From a virus (Duplodnaviria; Caudoviricetes): a stretch of 52,949 nucleotides of DNA. The first letter of the stretch is position 1; each line of letters starts with the position of its first letter. The notes under the pieces are model-generated. The model did not search any database, was not told where the DNA came from, and saw only the letters and a list, made by a program, of their open reading frames with translations. Shown one piece after another: positions 26,422 to 35,094 of this stretch. The position numbers and the translations under genes are program-made. The stretch is from IMG/VR virus record IMGVR_UViG_3300006119_000827, positions 1-52,949 of that record; one strand, 5' to 3'.

Positions 26422-29364
26422 TTACTGCCCTTGCGGTTGGAGGCCGTATCTACGTTTCGCTGCGTCTATCGCCCGTAGAGCGAGCGCCTGCTGTCCAGCG
26501 GACCCGGATGGGTTGGGCGGGTACGGGAGGGCTTGGCTCGGGCTGTTAAATTCCTGCGCGACGTCAGCGTTGGCCGAAGCAGCCTGGCGGCGCTGTCCAT
26601 CGTTGCGGATGAGAGAAAGCGCTTGCGTGGGCGACACCGAGCGGGACTCATCGCTCGTGGGCGACAGAGCGCTCATGATGTCGCTGCCGACGCCCTTCAG
26701 GGTGTTCACCGCTGGGTTGGGCTTGCTCGGCTTGTTTGCCTGCGCGTACTGGTCGTTGCGCGTCTTCGCCATCTGCGTGTGCGTGCGTTGCAGGATGCCG
26801 TAGGTCGTACGATCCAGTACAACCGTCTGACCATCGGACGCTTGCAACACCACAGCGTTCCCACCCGGCGCGTAACCGACCGGCTTGAAACTAGCCGCCG
26901 TGGGATCATGCGGTGGTGCGTTGGGGTTGGCCGCGTCCTTGGGGTCGGGCAGGTTCGTGTTGAGCAGGCTCACAGCCATAGCCGCCGCATCATCGGACGA
27001 GCGCAGGCCGCCGTTATAGGCCTGGATGCCCCGAGCGATGGTTCGCATCGAGTTATACGCCGGGCCGAGCGCACGCTTGGCCGCATCCAGATCACCGTAC
27101 GGCTTGCCAGTCGTCGGGTCGGTAATGTTGGGGATGAGCGCGTCCAGCGAACCCTTCATCGTCGCTGCGTTGGTGTCGGCCTTGGTTGGGTCGCTCTCCA
27201 CCATAGGCTTGGGCTGCGCCGCCTTGAATTTGGCGTCGTAGTCCTTCTTGGCGTCGGAATACGCCTTGATCTGCGCGGCGTAGTCAGCCTTAACCTGCTG
27301 GTTGCGCTGGGCGATGTCCTGCTGGACCGAGCGGCGTTCAGCGGGCGACATGCCTGCGAGATTGACACCATCAGCCGTCAGATATTTGGGAGCGGGCGGT
27401 GGCGTCGGAGCTTCCCCCAAACGCTCATCGCCATCCTGCGTGACGACACGCTGGGGCACGTCGTACGGCGAGGGTTTCGCACTCGAAGAGTTACCCGGCT
27501 GGGTATTGTCGCCCGCAGCGCCAGCGTCGTCGGTCTGGGCCACTCTCGTATCAGAGGTAGGCGCTGACACGGGCGGAACCGGCGGCGTGGGCATCGTCGG
27601 GATAGCCTGCGGGGGTTCCTGGTTCTGACCAGGATCTTGAGCGCGGATGCTACGATCCGCGTAGTCGCTGTACGCTTGGCTCGGTTGAGCAGGATTCCCA
27701 AGATGCTTGCCTGCGGCTTCCATCAGAGCGCCGTAATACATGCTCCCGCTCTTGATGCCCGTTGCAGCCGCCAGAAGCGCCTGAGGCGTGAATGGACCCT
27801 GCGAGATGACCTTGCCGTTGGCGTCCTTCTGCTGAAACACACCGTTGCCATCGGGACCAACATGAGCGTCTACGCTGTGGCCGTCTGGCACATAGGAATA
27901 GGCTTTTTTCAAGAACTCCACGCCAGTGCCGGGCTGGCCGGACTTCACCGCTTGCGTTGCGGCGTCGGCGTATTTGGCGGACTCGAGGCGCATGTACTGG
28001 ATCAGGGATGCAGCGGCCTTGTCAGCCGCGTCCACGTTGCCCTGCTTGAGATAATGCTCGTAGACCGCCTTCATCCCTGAGATGTTGCGGATGCTCTCAT
28101 CCATCTGGCCGTTGGGATCTACGACCTTCATGATGCCGTCGTATTCGTCAGGCGATGCCGCGCCGAGGCCGTTCATGAACAAGCGCGCAGCGTTGGCCTT
28201 CTGCGGGTTGGGCTGGCTGGGAAGAGCCTGCGTTGCACCCGTGAAAGCCCCGCCCTGAGGCCCGCCTTGGGGACCACGGGGATCATCCAGGGGCACCGCC
28301 TGTATGGGAGACGTATCGCGCGCACCGCTCTCGGTGGGCATGGGTGGCTGGCCACCTTGAGAATCCCCTCCGTCTTGTAGGCCGAAGAATTTACTCAGGT
28401 AGGTAAGCCCGCCATGAAGCGCTGCGCCCAAGCTCGGGTCACCATCAGACGGGGGTGCCTGCGGCGGCACGTATGCACCGTTGGCCGGTTGCATGGTGCC
28501 AGCGTCCACTGCGCCGCCATCGGCGTAACTGGGCACCCGCCCACCCGCCGAATAGTTGTTGGTGTTATCGGTTTGCGCCACGGGGATGGCTTGCGGAGCA
28601 GGTGCCGCCGTGGGGGACGTGCCCGAATTGCTCGGGTCGAACTGGGCGAGGTACTGCTGCGTGGTTGCGTAGCGCCCGTCCCAGTTATCACCCGCCTGCG
28701 GGTTATCGCGCGTCCACCCCTTGGGGCGCTCGTAGTCCATCTGGGCAGCGGTAAGGTCCTGCGCGTTCTTGGCACCGTTGACCATGAGCGTGGTGCTGGG
28801 GCGCGAGCGCAACTCGTTCAGCGCGAAATCAGCTTGCTGCTGCCAAGTCGGCGTGTTGGTCCCCGTTGCCGAGAACAGCGCATCTCGGCGGTCATTGCGG
28901 TGACCGAACATGCCATAGCCCGTGGGGTTGCCGTTGGCGTCCTTGTCGTGGGTCGCCCCTGGATTGAACCCGGACTCGTTCTTGGCGGCACTCGTCAGCA
29001 TGGTCGCTTCGTTGTGCGTCGCGCCATTCTTCGACAAGTAGCCGTACAGGTCTTCAGGCTTGGGGTTGGTATCACCTACGCCAGCGCCACCAGCCGGGGC
29101 GGGAACACCGCCGGGGTTGTTGTATCCACCTTGGAATGCCGCACCAGACGGGTCAGCCTTGTTCGACTGTAAACCCAGCCTACCCATATAAATACCTTCC
29201 ATCATGTTCTGATGGCGGGTCTGCTGGTCAAGCCGCTGCTGCGTGATATCAAACTGGCGCTGCTGCTGCTGCTGCTGCATCACAAAGTGCCGGTTCTCTA
29301 TGTTCTGCTGCTGCATCGGCAGATAGGTCGCCGCGAAGTCCTTAAGCTCGCGCCCAAAGCTCAT
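26422..29364 (-). CDS. internal virion/ejection protein with phage-tail-lysozyme-like domain
   Basis: ESGFNPGA, GYGMFGH...RR, Q.DF.L.EL, YERP; YADGG motif. Confidence 0.75.
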   Translation of the reverse strand: MSFGRELKDFAATYLPMQQQNIENRHFVMQQQQQQRQFDITQQRLDQQTRHQNMMEGIYMGRLGLQSNKADPSGAAFQGGYNNPGGVPAPAGGAGVGDTNPKPEDLYGYLSKNGATHNEATMLTSAAKNESGFNPGATHDKDANGNPTGYGMFGHRNDRRDALFSATGTNTPTWQQQADFALNELRSRPSTTLMVNGAKNAQDLTAAQMDYERPKGWTRDNPQAGDNWDGRYATTQQYLAQFDPSNSGTSPTAAPAPQAIPVAQTDNTNNYSAGGRVPSYADGGAVDAGTMQPANGAYVPPQAPPSDGDPSLGAALHGGLTYLSKFFGLQDGGDSQGGQPPMPTESGARDTSPIQAVPLDDPRGPQGGPQGGAFTGATQALPSQPNPQKANAARLFMNGLGAASPDEYDGIMKVVDPNGQMDESIRNISGMKAVYEHYLKQGNVDAADKAAASLIQYMRLESAKYADAATQAVKSGQPGTGVEFLKKAYSYVPDGHSVDAHVGPDGNGVFQQKDANGKVISQGPFTPQALLAAATGIKSGSMYYGALMEAAGKHLGNPAQPSQAYSDYADRSIRAQDPGQNQEPPQAIPTMPTPPVPPVSAPTSDTRVAQTDDAGAAGDNTQPGNSSSAKPSPYDVPQRVVTQDGDERLGEAPTPPPAPKYLTADGVNLAGMSPAERRSVQQDIAQRNQQVKADYAAQIKAYSDAKKDYDAKFKAAQPKPMVESDPTKADTNAATMKGSLDALIPNITDPTTGKPYGDLDAAKRALGPAYNSMRTIARGIQAYNGGLRSSDDAAAMAVSLLNTNLPDPKDAANPNAPPHDPTAASFKPVGYAPGGNAVVLQASDGQTVVLDRTTYGILQRTHTQMAKTRNDQYAQANKPSKPNPAVNTLKGVGSDIMSALSPTSDESRSVSPTQALSLIRNDGQRRQAASANADVAQEFNSPSQALPYPPNPSGSAGQQALALRAIDAAKRRYGLQPQGQ

Positions 29365-29370
29365 GTGTCG

Positions 29371-30549
29371 TTACCCCACAGGTAAAGCGGTAGGCCGAGA
29401 AGTAAATGTCGGGGCCGCAGGAATGGCTGGTTTCATCTGCGGTTTGGCAGATACGTTCTGCCTATCCTGCCGAGACTTGTTGATCATGTTCTGAAGATGC
29501 TTCTCGCCGTACCAAGCGACCGCATCCTTGGGGACGACAAACTCGCCCGGCGTCAGGCGTGCGGGCACATCGTCGATGGCGCGGCCCATCGTTGGGGAAG
29601 CCCCCACAGGGATCGCACCGCCCTCGCTCGCCTGACCACTCATAGGTGCGCCCATTAGGGGAGCACCCACATCCGGGATCGCACCGCCATCCGCAAGCGC
29701 GGCAGCAATCGCCCCAAGGCCCGACGCTCCGCTGGCGTTGGATGTCCCATTGATGAGCCCGCCCACCAGCCCAAGCGCCGAACCAATGCCCGAGCTTGCA
29801 TTCTGGTTGGCGTTGAACGACCCGAGCGCGTTGTTGAACCCGGTGTTCATAATGCTGGCGGTCTGGCCCAAGCCTTGGTTACCCATGCTGTTCCACTGGG
29901 TCGCCGTGCCCATCGTGTTGGCACCCGAAGCCGTCGTCGCCAGCCCGGAGTTCACAGCCTGGTTGCCAGCTTGCAGCGCGGTACCATAGGTCTGCGCGAC
30001 CTGACCAGGATACCCACGGCCTACGTTGATGGCTTCCGAACGCAGCGCGCGACCCGTTGCATCCACCACCTGGGAGGCCTGGTTACCTGCCGCTGCCTCA
30101 GCTGCACCCTGAGCAGCACGAACCCCGATATCCATCGCAGCATAACGAGTTGACGTGGGGTCAACACCGAAGCTCTCCAAGTTCTTCTGCGCAGCCTGAC
30201 GCTGCTGGTCGAACTGCTGGGCGACCGTGGCCTGGGCGCGACCCATCTCAAGGGTTTTGCGATCCGGCGAGGCGTAACTTTGCGCGTCAGCGACAAGAGA
30301 GTTTTCGAGGGGTTGGTAGACCTGCTCGTAACGCGCCCTGTCCGCAGCTGCCGCCTGATCATTGGCCGCCTGGGTGTTCAGCGCCGAGTCAATTACCTGC
30401 TGGGTAACCGCCTTGTTCTGGGCGTATTCATCCTTAGCCCATGCAAGCTGGTCTTCGCCAAGCTGGTAGGACTGCTGGGCGTTCTGCTGGGAGGCCGACG
30501 CGAGGCCGCTATAATCCGGCGCTGCTGGGGCCTTGGATTTACCGCCCAT
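29371..30549 (-). CDS. internal virion/DNA transfer (pilot-like) protein
   Basis: MGGKSKAP.APDY start, Gln/Ala-rich helices, Gly-rich hydrophobic segment, LADGG and DDVPARL..GEFVVP. Confidence 0.75.
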   Translation of the reverse strand: MGGKSKAPAAPDYSGLASASQQNAQQSYQLGEDQLAWAKDEYAQNKAVTQQVIDSALNTQAANDQAAAADRARYEQVYQPLENSLVADAQSYASPDRKTLEMGRAQATVAQQFDQQRQAAQKNLESFGVDPTSTRYAAMDIGVRAAQGAAEAAAGNQASQVVDATGRALRSEAINVGRGYPGQVAQTYGTALQAGNQAVNSGLATTASGANTMGTATQWNSMGNQGLGQTASIMNTGFNNALGSFNANQNASSGIGSALGLVGGLINGTSNASGASGLGAIAAALADGGAIPDVGAPLMGAPMSGQASEGGAIPVGASPTMGRAIDDVPARLTPGEFVVPKDAVAWYGEKHLQNMINKSRQDRQNVSAKPQMKPAIPAAPTFTSRPTALPVG

Positions 30550-30976
30550 ACGACGCCTCCAACGTGCTAGGTTTCAACTTCAGCCAGCGGCAATCGTCTT
30601 TGTACATCCCGAGAACCAGTAAATCACCGTCAGGAAACACGTCTCTTATAATAGACTCCTGCTTAAAACCAAGTCTTAAATCGAAGTTGAGCGCATGGGT
30701 ATTATACGATGGGACTTGGCCGATGACCTTGTTCACGCCGAGCATGTTAAATGGGTAGTCAAAGCATACCCAGAGCATGTCTTTATTTAGCCAGTCAGTA
30801 GTAAACGCTCCGACGTGCATGGCGATGCTGGCCCCGGTGTAACCTGTGTAGGTAACCCCGCCCAAGAGCTTGTCCCCGCGAACTCTGGATATGACCGTGT
30901 CACATGCGGGGTTGAAGACAGTCCCAGCGCACTCAGAGATCAGGCGGGCGTGCTCGTGATTGTTCAGGACGATCAA
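30539..30976 (-). CDS. GNAT-fold protein of the virion module
   Basis: F.YPF..LG..K..G.V...N..AL.F..RLGF..E; positioned between the tail and ejection genes. Confidence 0.8.
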   Translation of the reverse strand: MIVLNNHEHARLISECAGTVFNPACDTVISRVRGDKLLGGVTYTGYTGASIAMHVGAFTTDWLNKDMLWVCFDYPFNMLGVNKVIGQVPSYNTHALNFDLRLGFKQESIIRDVFPDGDLLVLGMYKDDCRWLKLKPSTLEASYGR

Positions 30977-31233
30977 GTTGTCTTCAACCAGGTAGTACCA
31001 TTGGACCAGTAAAGTCCGCTCGTGGATTCGTTCACCCAGATGTCGCCCTTGTTGAAATTCTTGGTGGGGGCGGTGGTCTGCACGAACACCACGGGTGCGC
31101 CGTACGAACCATCGCTCCGCTGGCCCATGAACTGCTCGAGGATGTATTTCATCGCGGCGACTGCGGCTTGCAGCGACTCAATCGTCGCAACCGGATCAGG
31201 GATTGCTGGGCCATGTGCGAGGTTGTTAGACAT
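30973..31233 (-). CDS. small virion protein
   Basis: AIP.P; APT....GDIW....L.W..G..W repeat-like motif. Confidence 0.6.
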   Translation of the reverse strand: MSNNLAHGPAIPDPVATIESLQAAVAAMKYILEQFMGQRSDGSYGAPVVFVQTTAPTKNFNKGDIWVNESTSGLYWSNGTTWLKTT

Positions 31234-32944
31234 TGGCGAGCTCCTTCGCACTGGTCGCTACTTCGAGCGCAAACACTTGCTCCGAACCATCCAGTTCGAA
31301 CTGCCAGTACTCAGCCTTGAACCCGCTCGGTAGCCGGATCATCCCGCCCGATGTCAGCACGGGCCGCGTCAGAACCAGCCGCCCATCCGCGTAGACTTTC
31401 AACGTCAGGTTGGGTGTAGACGTGGGCTGTGCGAACCACACTCGCGCCGCCTCAAAGTTCTTCAATAGGTGGGCTTTGAAGATCTTGGATTTCCAGATGT
31501 AGTTCTGCGCCGAGCGCGAGTTCGACACGTCGATCCAGTAGACGTTGCCGTTCTGCATGATGAAGATCTCACCCGTCCACAGATCGGTGATGACGTTGAA
31601 CACGGGCGTTGTTGCCACGAGATTCGTCCACGACACGCGGGGATCGTTGATGTCGATCAGCGCACCGTTATACGAGCCTGTGTAATCACCCTGCTCAAAG
31701 GCCGAGGTGTTGAACGCCGTGGGCTCAAAGCTCCCTAGTCTGGGCGAGCCCCAGCAATAATACGCCTGCGCGAGCTTGGCGGCGCGGAGCGAGCCCACGG
31801 TGAGGTTGTCGTTCCACTTGTCCTTGGTGATCATCTTCGCGGTCACCGTGCGGGTGCCGTAAATACCTATCTCGGTAATGCCATTGGGCGAGGCGTAGTA
31901 CACACCCAGTTGGCCCGACACGATGGAGCCGCGCGACAGGCAGGGCTCGCCCGAGTTGATCTTGGACAGCGACATCATGTCAGGGCTCGAGCCCGTCACC
32001 GAGTACGGGTTGCCCGACGTACACACCACAACGGTCTGGTTGTAGAGCCCCATGCCCACGATGGGGAAGTCCACGGATACCGTGTAGGCGGCGGGCCATG
32101 CGTGCGGATGGTAGGGTTCGCAGAACCAGATATCGCTCCCTCGCCAGCCTGCGATCATGCCGTTGGGCATCGAGATCAGACCTTGGAGTCCAGAAGGCGG
32201 CGGGGTGTAGCCCGTGGAGGCCAGCTGGTTGTTCCCCGATACGGTCGTGTCCGAGATCGAGTCCGAGTAGCTGAGCGTGGCGATGGGGATCTCATCTACG
32301 AAGAAATAGGTCGCCACACCGTTGGAGCCCGTCACCGTGCGGTAGATGCGCGTCGTCGCCAGCGTGCGCCCGGTGGTGTCGCTCGTGCCCGGCGCGGTGA
32401 GCGTGATGCTCCATGTGGCCGAGACAGTGCCCGTAAACACGGTGGGCGGGCTCGGTGGCCCCTCTTCACCAAACGTAGTGACCCAGGTGTAGACGTAGGC
32501 CCGGACCTCAGTGGTGCCGGTGGTCGTTGCCGTCACACCAGGTGCTACGGTTGGCGCGGTCACACCCAGCGTATAGGCGCTCAGTCCCGCCGTGATCCGT
32601 GCCGTGGTGTTATATTGTGGGGACGTGGATGCACCCGCCCAGTAGATGCGGGCGTATTGGTCGTTGATAAGCGGCGACTTGATGACGTTTACATCCGGGT
32701 CGAGGAACTCCATCCAGTAGGACGCCGGGATATGGGTCTTGTCTGGATACGACAGCGGGATGCGGAATACCGACTTAACGGCAGAACTGGACCCCGTATA
32801 AAGCAAGGTAGGGGTCCGCATACCCTGTAAGGCACCCGAATAGAGCCAGGTGTTTTGGGCGAGCGCAGCGTTGTTATCCGGCAGAAGGCGATCATCTTCT
32901 GCCGGAACCATGCCCCCAAAAACCTGGATATTCGTCGCAACCAT
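31226..32944 (-). CDS. tail tube/nozzle (stabilisation) protein
   Basis: 572 aa, beta-rich; YVYTWV..GEEGPPS, FCEPY.PHAWP, YASP.G, WKSK.F; position typical of podoviruses. Confidence 0.75.
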   Translation of the reverse strand: MVATNIQVFGGMVPAEDDRLLPDNNAALAQNTWLYSGALQGMRTPTLLYTGSSSAVKSVFRIPLSYPDKTHIPASYWMEFLDPDVNVIKSPLINDQYARIYWAGASTSPQYNTTARITAGLSAYTLGVTAPTVAPGVTATTTGTTEVRAYVYTWVTTFGEEGPPSPPTVFTGTVSATWSITLTAPGTSDTTGRTLATTRIYRTVTGSNGVATYFFVDEIPIATLSYSDSISDTTVSGNNQLASTGYTPPPSGLQGLISMPNGMIAGWRGSDIWFCEPYHPHAWPAAYTVSVDFPIVGMGLYNQTVVVCTSGNPYSVTGSSPDMMSLSKINSGEPCLSRGSIVSGQLGVYYASPNGITEIGIYGTRTVTAKMITKDKWNDNLTVGSLRAAKLAQAYYCWGSPRLGSFEPTAFNTSAFEQGDYTGSYNGALIDINDPRVSWTNLVATTPVFNVITDLWTGEIFIMQNGNVYWIDVSNSRSAQNYIWKSKIFKAHLLKNFEAARVWFAQPTSTPNLTLKVYADGRLVLTRPVLTSGGMIRLPSGFKAEYWQFELDGSEQVFALEVATSAKELANV

Positions 32945-32953
32945 CGGGGATGA

Positions 32954-33196
32954 TTACCCGGCGGTCTGGTCGATGACCGGCGTGATGCGGTAGCGCTGGA
33001 TGACTGCGACGCCAACCGCCATCTCCGCACGGGTCTGGTCGGACAGGAACCCGAACTGCTGGCCAACGGTCACCAGTTCCGCGTCAACCACGGTGGTTAC
33101 GGGGGTGGTTACGGGGGTGGTTACGGGGGGAGTCACGGGAGCGTTATCAGCGTTAGGATCAATGGTAGGCATTGGGTTTTTCCTTGGTCTTGCCAT
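32954..33196 (-). CDS. hypothetical protein with PVT(T/P) repeats
   Basis: 80-aa ORF in the operon; 12-bp tandem repeat at about 33093-33138. Confidence 0.6.
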   Translation of the reverse strand: MARPRKNPMPTIDPNADNAPVTPPVTTPVTTPVTTVVDAELVTVGQQFGFLSDQTRAEMAVGVAVIQRYRITPVIDQTAG

Positions 33197-33236
33197 GTTT
33201 AGTGTGTTTCACTTCACCAGTTGTAGCTGCGGGCTT

Positions 33237-33362
33237 AGCGCCTGAATCCTTCCTGCTGGACCCACCCTGAGTGACCCCGACCGCAGGGTTTTTACCTGCG
33301 TGGGTAAGCGTGTCTTTCAGGTTGGCAAACCGCCAACAAAACGGAAGGAAGCCTTTGGCGCT
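33237..33362 (-). ncRNA. candidate structured RNA element (multibranch)
   Basis: Nested inverted repeats AGCGCC/GGCGCT and TCCTTCC/GGAAGGA enclose three hairpins in an intergenic gap. Confidence 0.35.
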
Positions 33363-33372
33363 GGCCAACAGG

Positions 33373-33519
33373 TTACTTCCGGCCCTTGCCGAAGGCGGCC
33401 ATGCCTTTCTTGTCGGCCTTCTTGTCGGCCTTCTTGTCGGCCTTCTTGTCGGCCTTCTTGTCGGCCTTCTTGTCCGCGCTGGACTTCTCCCAGGCGGCCA
33501 TATTCATCTTCTTAGCCAT
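33373..33519 (-). CDS. 48-aa Lys-rich protein with (ADKK)6 repeat
   Basis: GGAG SD before ATG 33519; overlaps the lysozyme stop. Confidence 0.65.
   Translation of the reverse strand: MAKKMNMAAWEKSSADKKADKKADKKADKKADKKADKKGMAAFGKGRK
33407..33474. repeat. 12-bp tandem repeat TTCTTGTCGGCC x5.7
   Basis: Read directly from the sequence. Confidence 0.95.
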
Positions 33520-33988
33520 TGCTATCTCCAGCAGTTGGTTCGGGCAGAGTGAGAAAAAGGTCACGTTCTCTCTTTCGGCGGGTGGTCAGCCCGTTCAACA
33601 CGACAAACTCGCCGTTCACATGCGCCTTGTTCCAAAGCGCGAACTGACCGGACGCACCCTTGAAGTCCCCGGCATTGAGCATCCGCAGGAGCGTGGATAT
33701 GGCGAGAGCGTTTGGGCCGAAGTTGTACACAAACGACACCAACGCAGAGTACTGGTTGTCGTTGATGGGGATGCTCACGAGTCGCTCGACCGCCGTTCCA
33801 GCGCTCATAAGATCCCGCGTCAGCAGGTTCTCGGCAGCTTCGATTGTGATGGTCAGGTCGCCATGTACGTCGGGTCCGGTGTGACCCCAGCCAATGGTCC
33901 ACTTGCCCGCCGGGCACAGATACGCCCTCAGGCGCAGGCTCTCGGCGTCTTTGATGATCTGCTTACCTGCGTCGGCAACTTTATTCAC
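33512..33988 (-). CDS. endolysin, GH24 lysozyme
   Basis: E.LRL.AY.CPAG.WTIG.GHT, NQY.ALVSF.YN.G, STLL..LNAG, GL..RR..E; GTG start at 33988. Confidence 0.92.
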   Translation of the reverse strand: MNKVADAGKQIIKDAESLRLRAYLCPAGKWTIGWGHTGPDVHGDLTITIEAAENLLTRDLMSAGTAVERLVSIPINDNQYSALVSFVYNFGPNALAISTLLRMLNAGDFKGASGQFALWNKAHVNGEFVVLNGLTTRRKRERDLFLTLPEPTAGDSNG

Positions 33989-34254
33989 TTTGAATTTCCG
34001 AATTTGGTCCAGATGACGCCAGCGATCACGGCAAGCACCCCCATCGTGACCCAGCTGGCTACGGCGTGGCTGACGGACTTTTTGAGGGATCGCCAAGACT
34101 CGACCAACGTTCTCAGGTCATTGATGTCTTTGCTGGCGTCTGCGTCATGTAGTCCCAGGCTTTCCAGGGCTCGCTTCGCACCGCGCTCAGCCGCGTCGTC
34201 CAGCATTTTCTGCAACATCACCACGGAGGTCGGGATCATCTCTGAGTCTTCCAA
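33985..34254 (-). CDS. single-TM lysis-module protein (DUF6127-like, holin candidate)
   Basis: AAERGAKRAL..LGL....A..DI.DLR.L; C-terminal TM segment; the start may be 34239. Confidence 0.55.
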   Translation of the reverse strand: MEDSEMIPTSVVMLQKMLDDAAERGAKRALESLGLHDADASKDINDLRTLVESWRSLKKSVSHAVASWVTMGVLAVIAGVIWTKFGNSK

Positions 34255-34791
34255 CTACCGATCCTCCGCAGGCTTGCTTGCGAACAACAGCCGGTTGGTG
34301 CCTTGGCTCCCGAAGCTGTCCCCGAAGTAGTACATGATCATCGCGGTCCAGGCGGACCCGAGCGCCCCCAACATGATGTCCAAAGCGCTCTTGTTCTCGG
34401 CGGGAAAGCCATGGAAACAAGCCGCCGAAAGCATCCCAAAGAACCCGACCGTCAGGGCAAACGCGAGATACTTAGGTGTGCTGTCTTTGACCTCGACCTC
34501 GCGACCTCGGGCGTTGGCCCGGTCGCCATACGCAAGCTTGGCATCGTCGATGTCGAGGGTCCGCATTTGGACCTTGAAGTCGTTGTCAGCCTTTTTGAGC
34601 GCGAGTAGCTGGTCTGTGCTGGCATTGGCGACGGCGGACGCTACCTGCTCAGGCGGCGTATCCGGTGCCAGGTTAAGCGCCTTGATGATGGCGGTGGTTG
34701 CTGCGCCAGCAAACGGGCCACCAATGATACTGGCTATGCTGGGAGCGACCCCCGCAAGCACCTTCTCGGCATCAGCCCAAAAATCGTCCAT
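34255..34791 (-). CDS. holin-like membrane protein
   Basis: VAP.IA...GGP, D.A.AR, two C-terminal TM segments ending YYFG.S.G. Confidence 0.65.
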   Translation of the reverse strand: MDDFWADAEKVLAGVAPSIASIIGGPFAGAATTAIIKALNLAPDTPPEQVASAVANASTDQLLALKKADNDFKVQMRTLDIDDAKLAYGDRANARGREVEVKDSTPKYLAFALTVGFFGMLSAACFHGFPAENKSALDIMLGALGSAWTAMIMYYFGDSFGSQGTNRLLFASKPAEDR

Positions 34792-34806
34792 CTCGTGCCC
34801 TCTGAG

Positions 34807-35094
34807 CTATGGGGTTCGGATGGTGATGACGACGGTATCCTGCTTCACCTGACCGGCGGATGTCGTCATGGTCACCGTGATCGTGTAGGTCGAAGCGAGA
34901 ACACCCAGCGACGCGTAGAAGATCGCGGTTGTCGAAGTTGTCGATGAAGCGTCCACCACGAGCCCGCCAGTCTCAACCGGCGACACGCTGTATGTAGCTG
35001 ACGCGACCGTCTCCAACGTATCCAGCCAATTGGAGTAGTCGATGGTGTAGCGCTTGCGCTCGGAGGAGGACTTGATGAACTTTCCCAGGCTCAT
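34807..35094 (-). CDS. fibre-tail adaptor-like small virion protein
   Basis: K...E.KRY.IDY..WL...E; beta-rich, 95 aa. Confidence 0.6.
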   Translation of the reverse strand: MSLGKFIKSSSERKRYTIDYSNWLDTLETVASATYSVSPVETGGLVVDASSTTSTTAIFYASLGVLASTYTITVTMTTSAGQVKQDTVVITIRTP

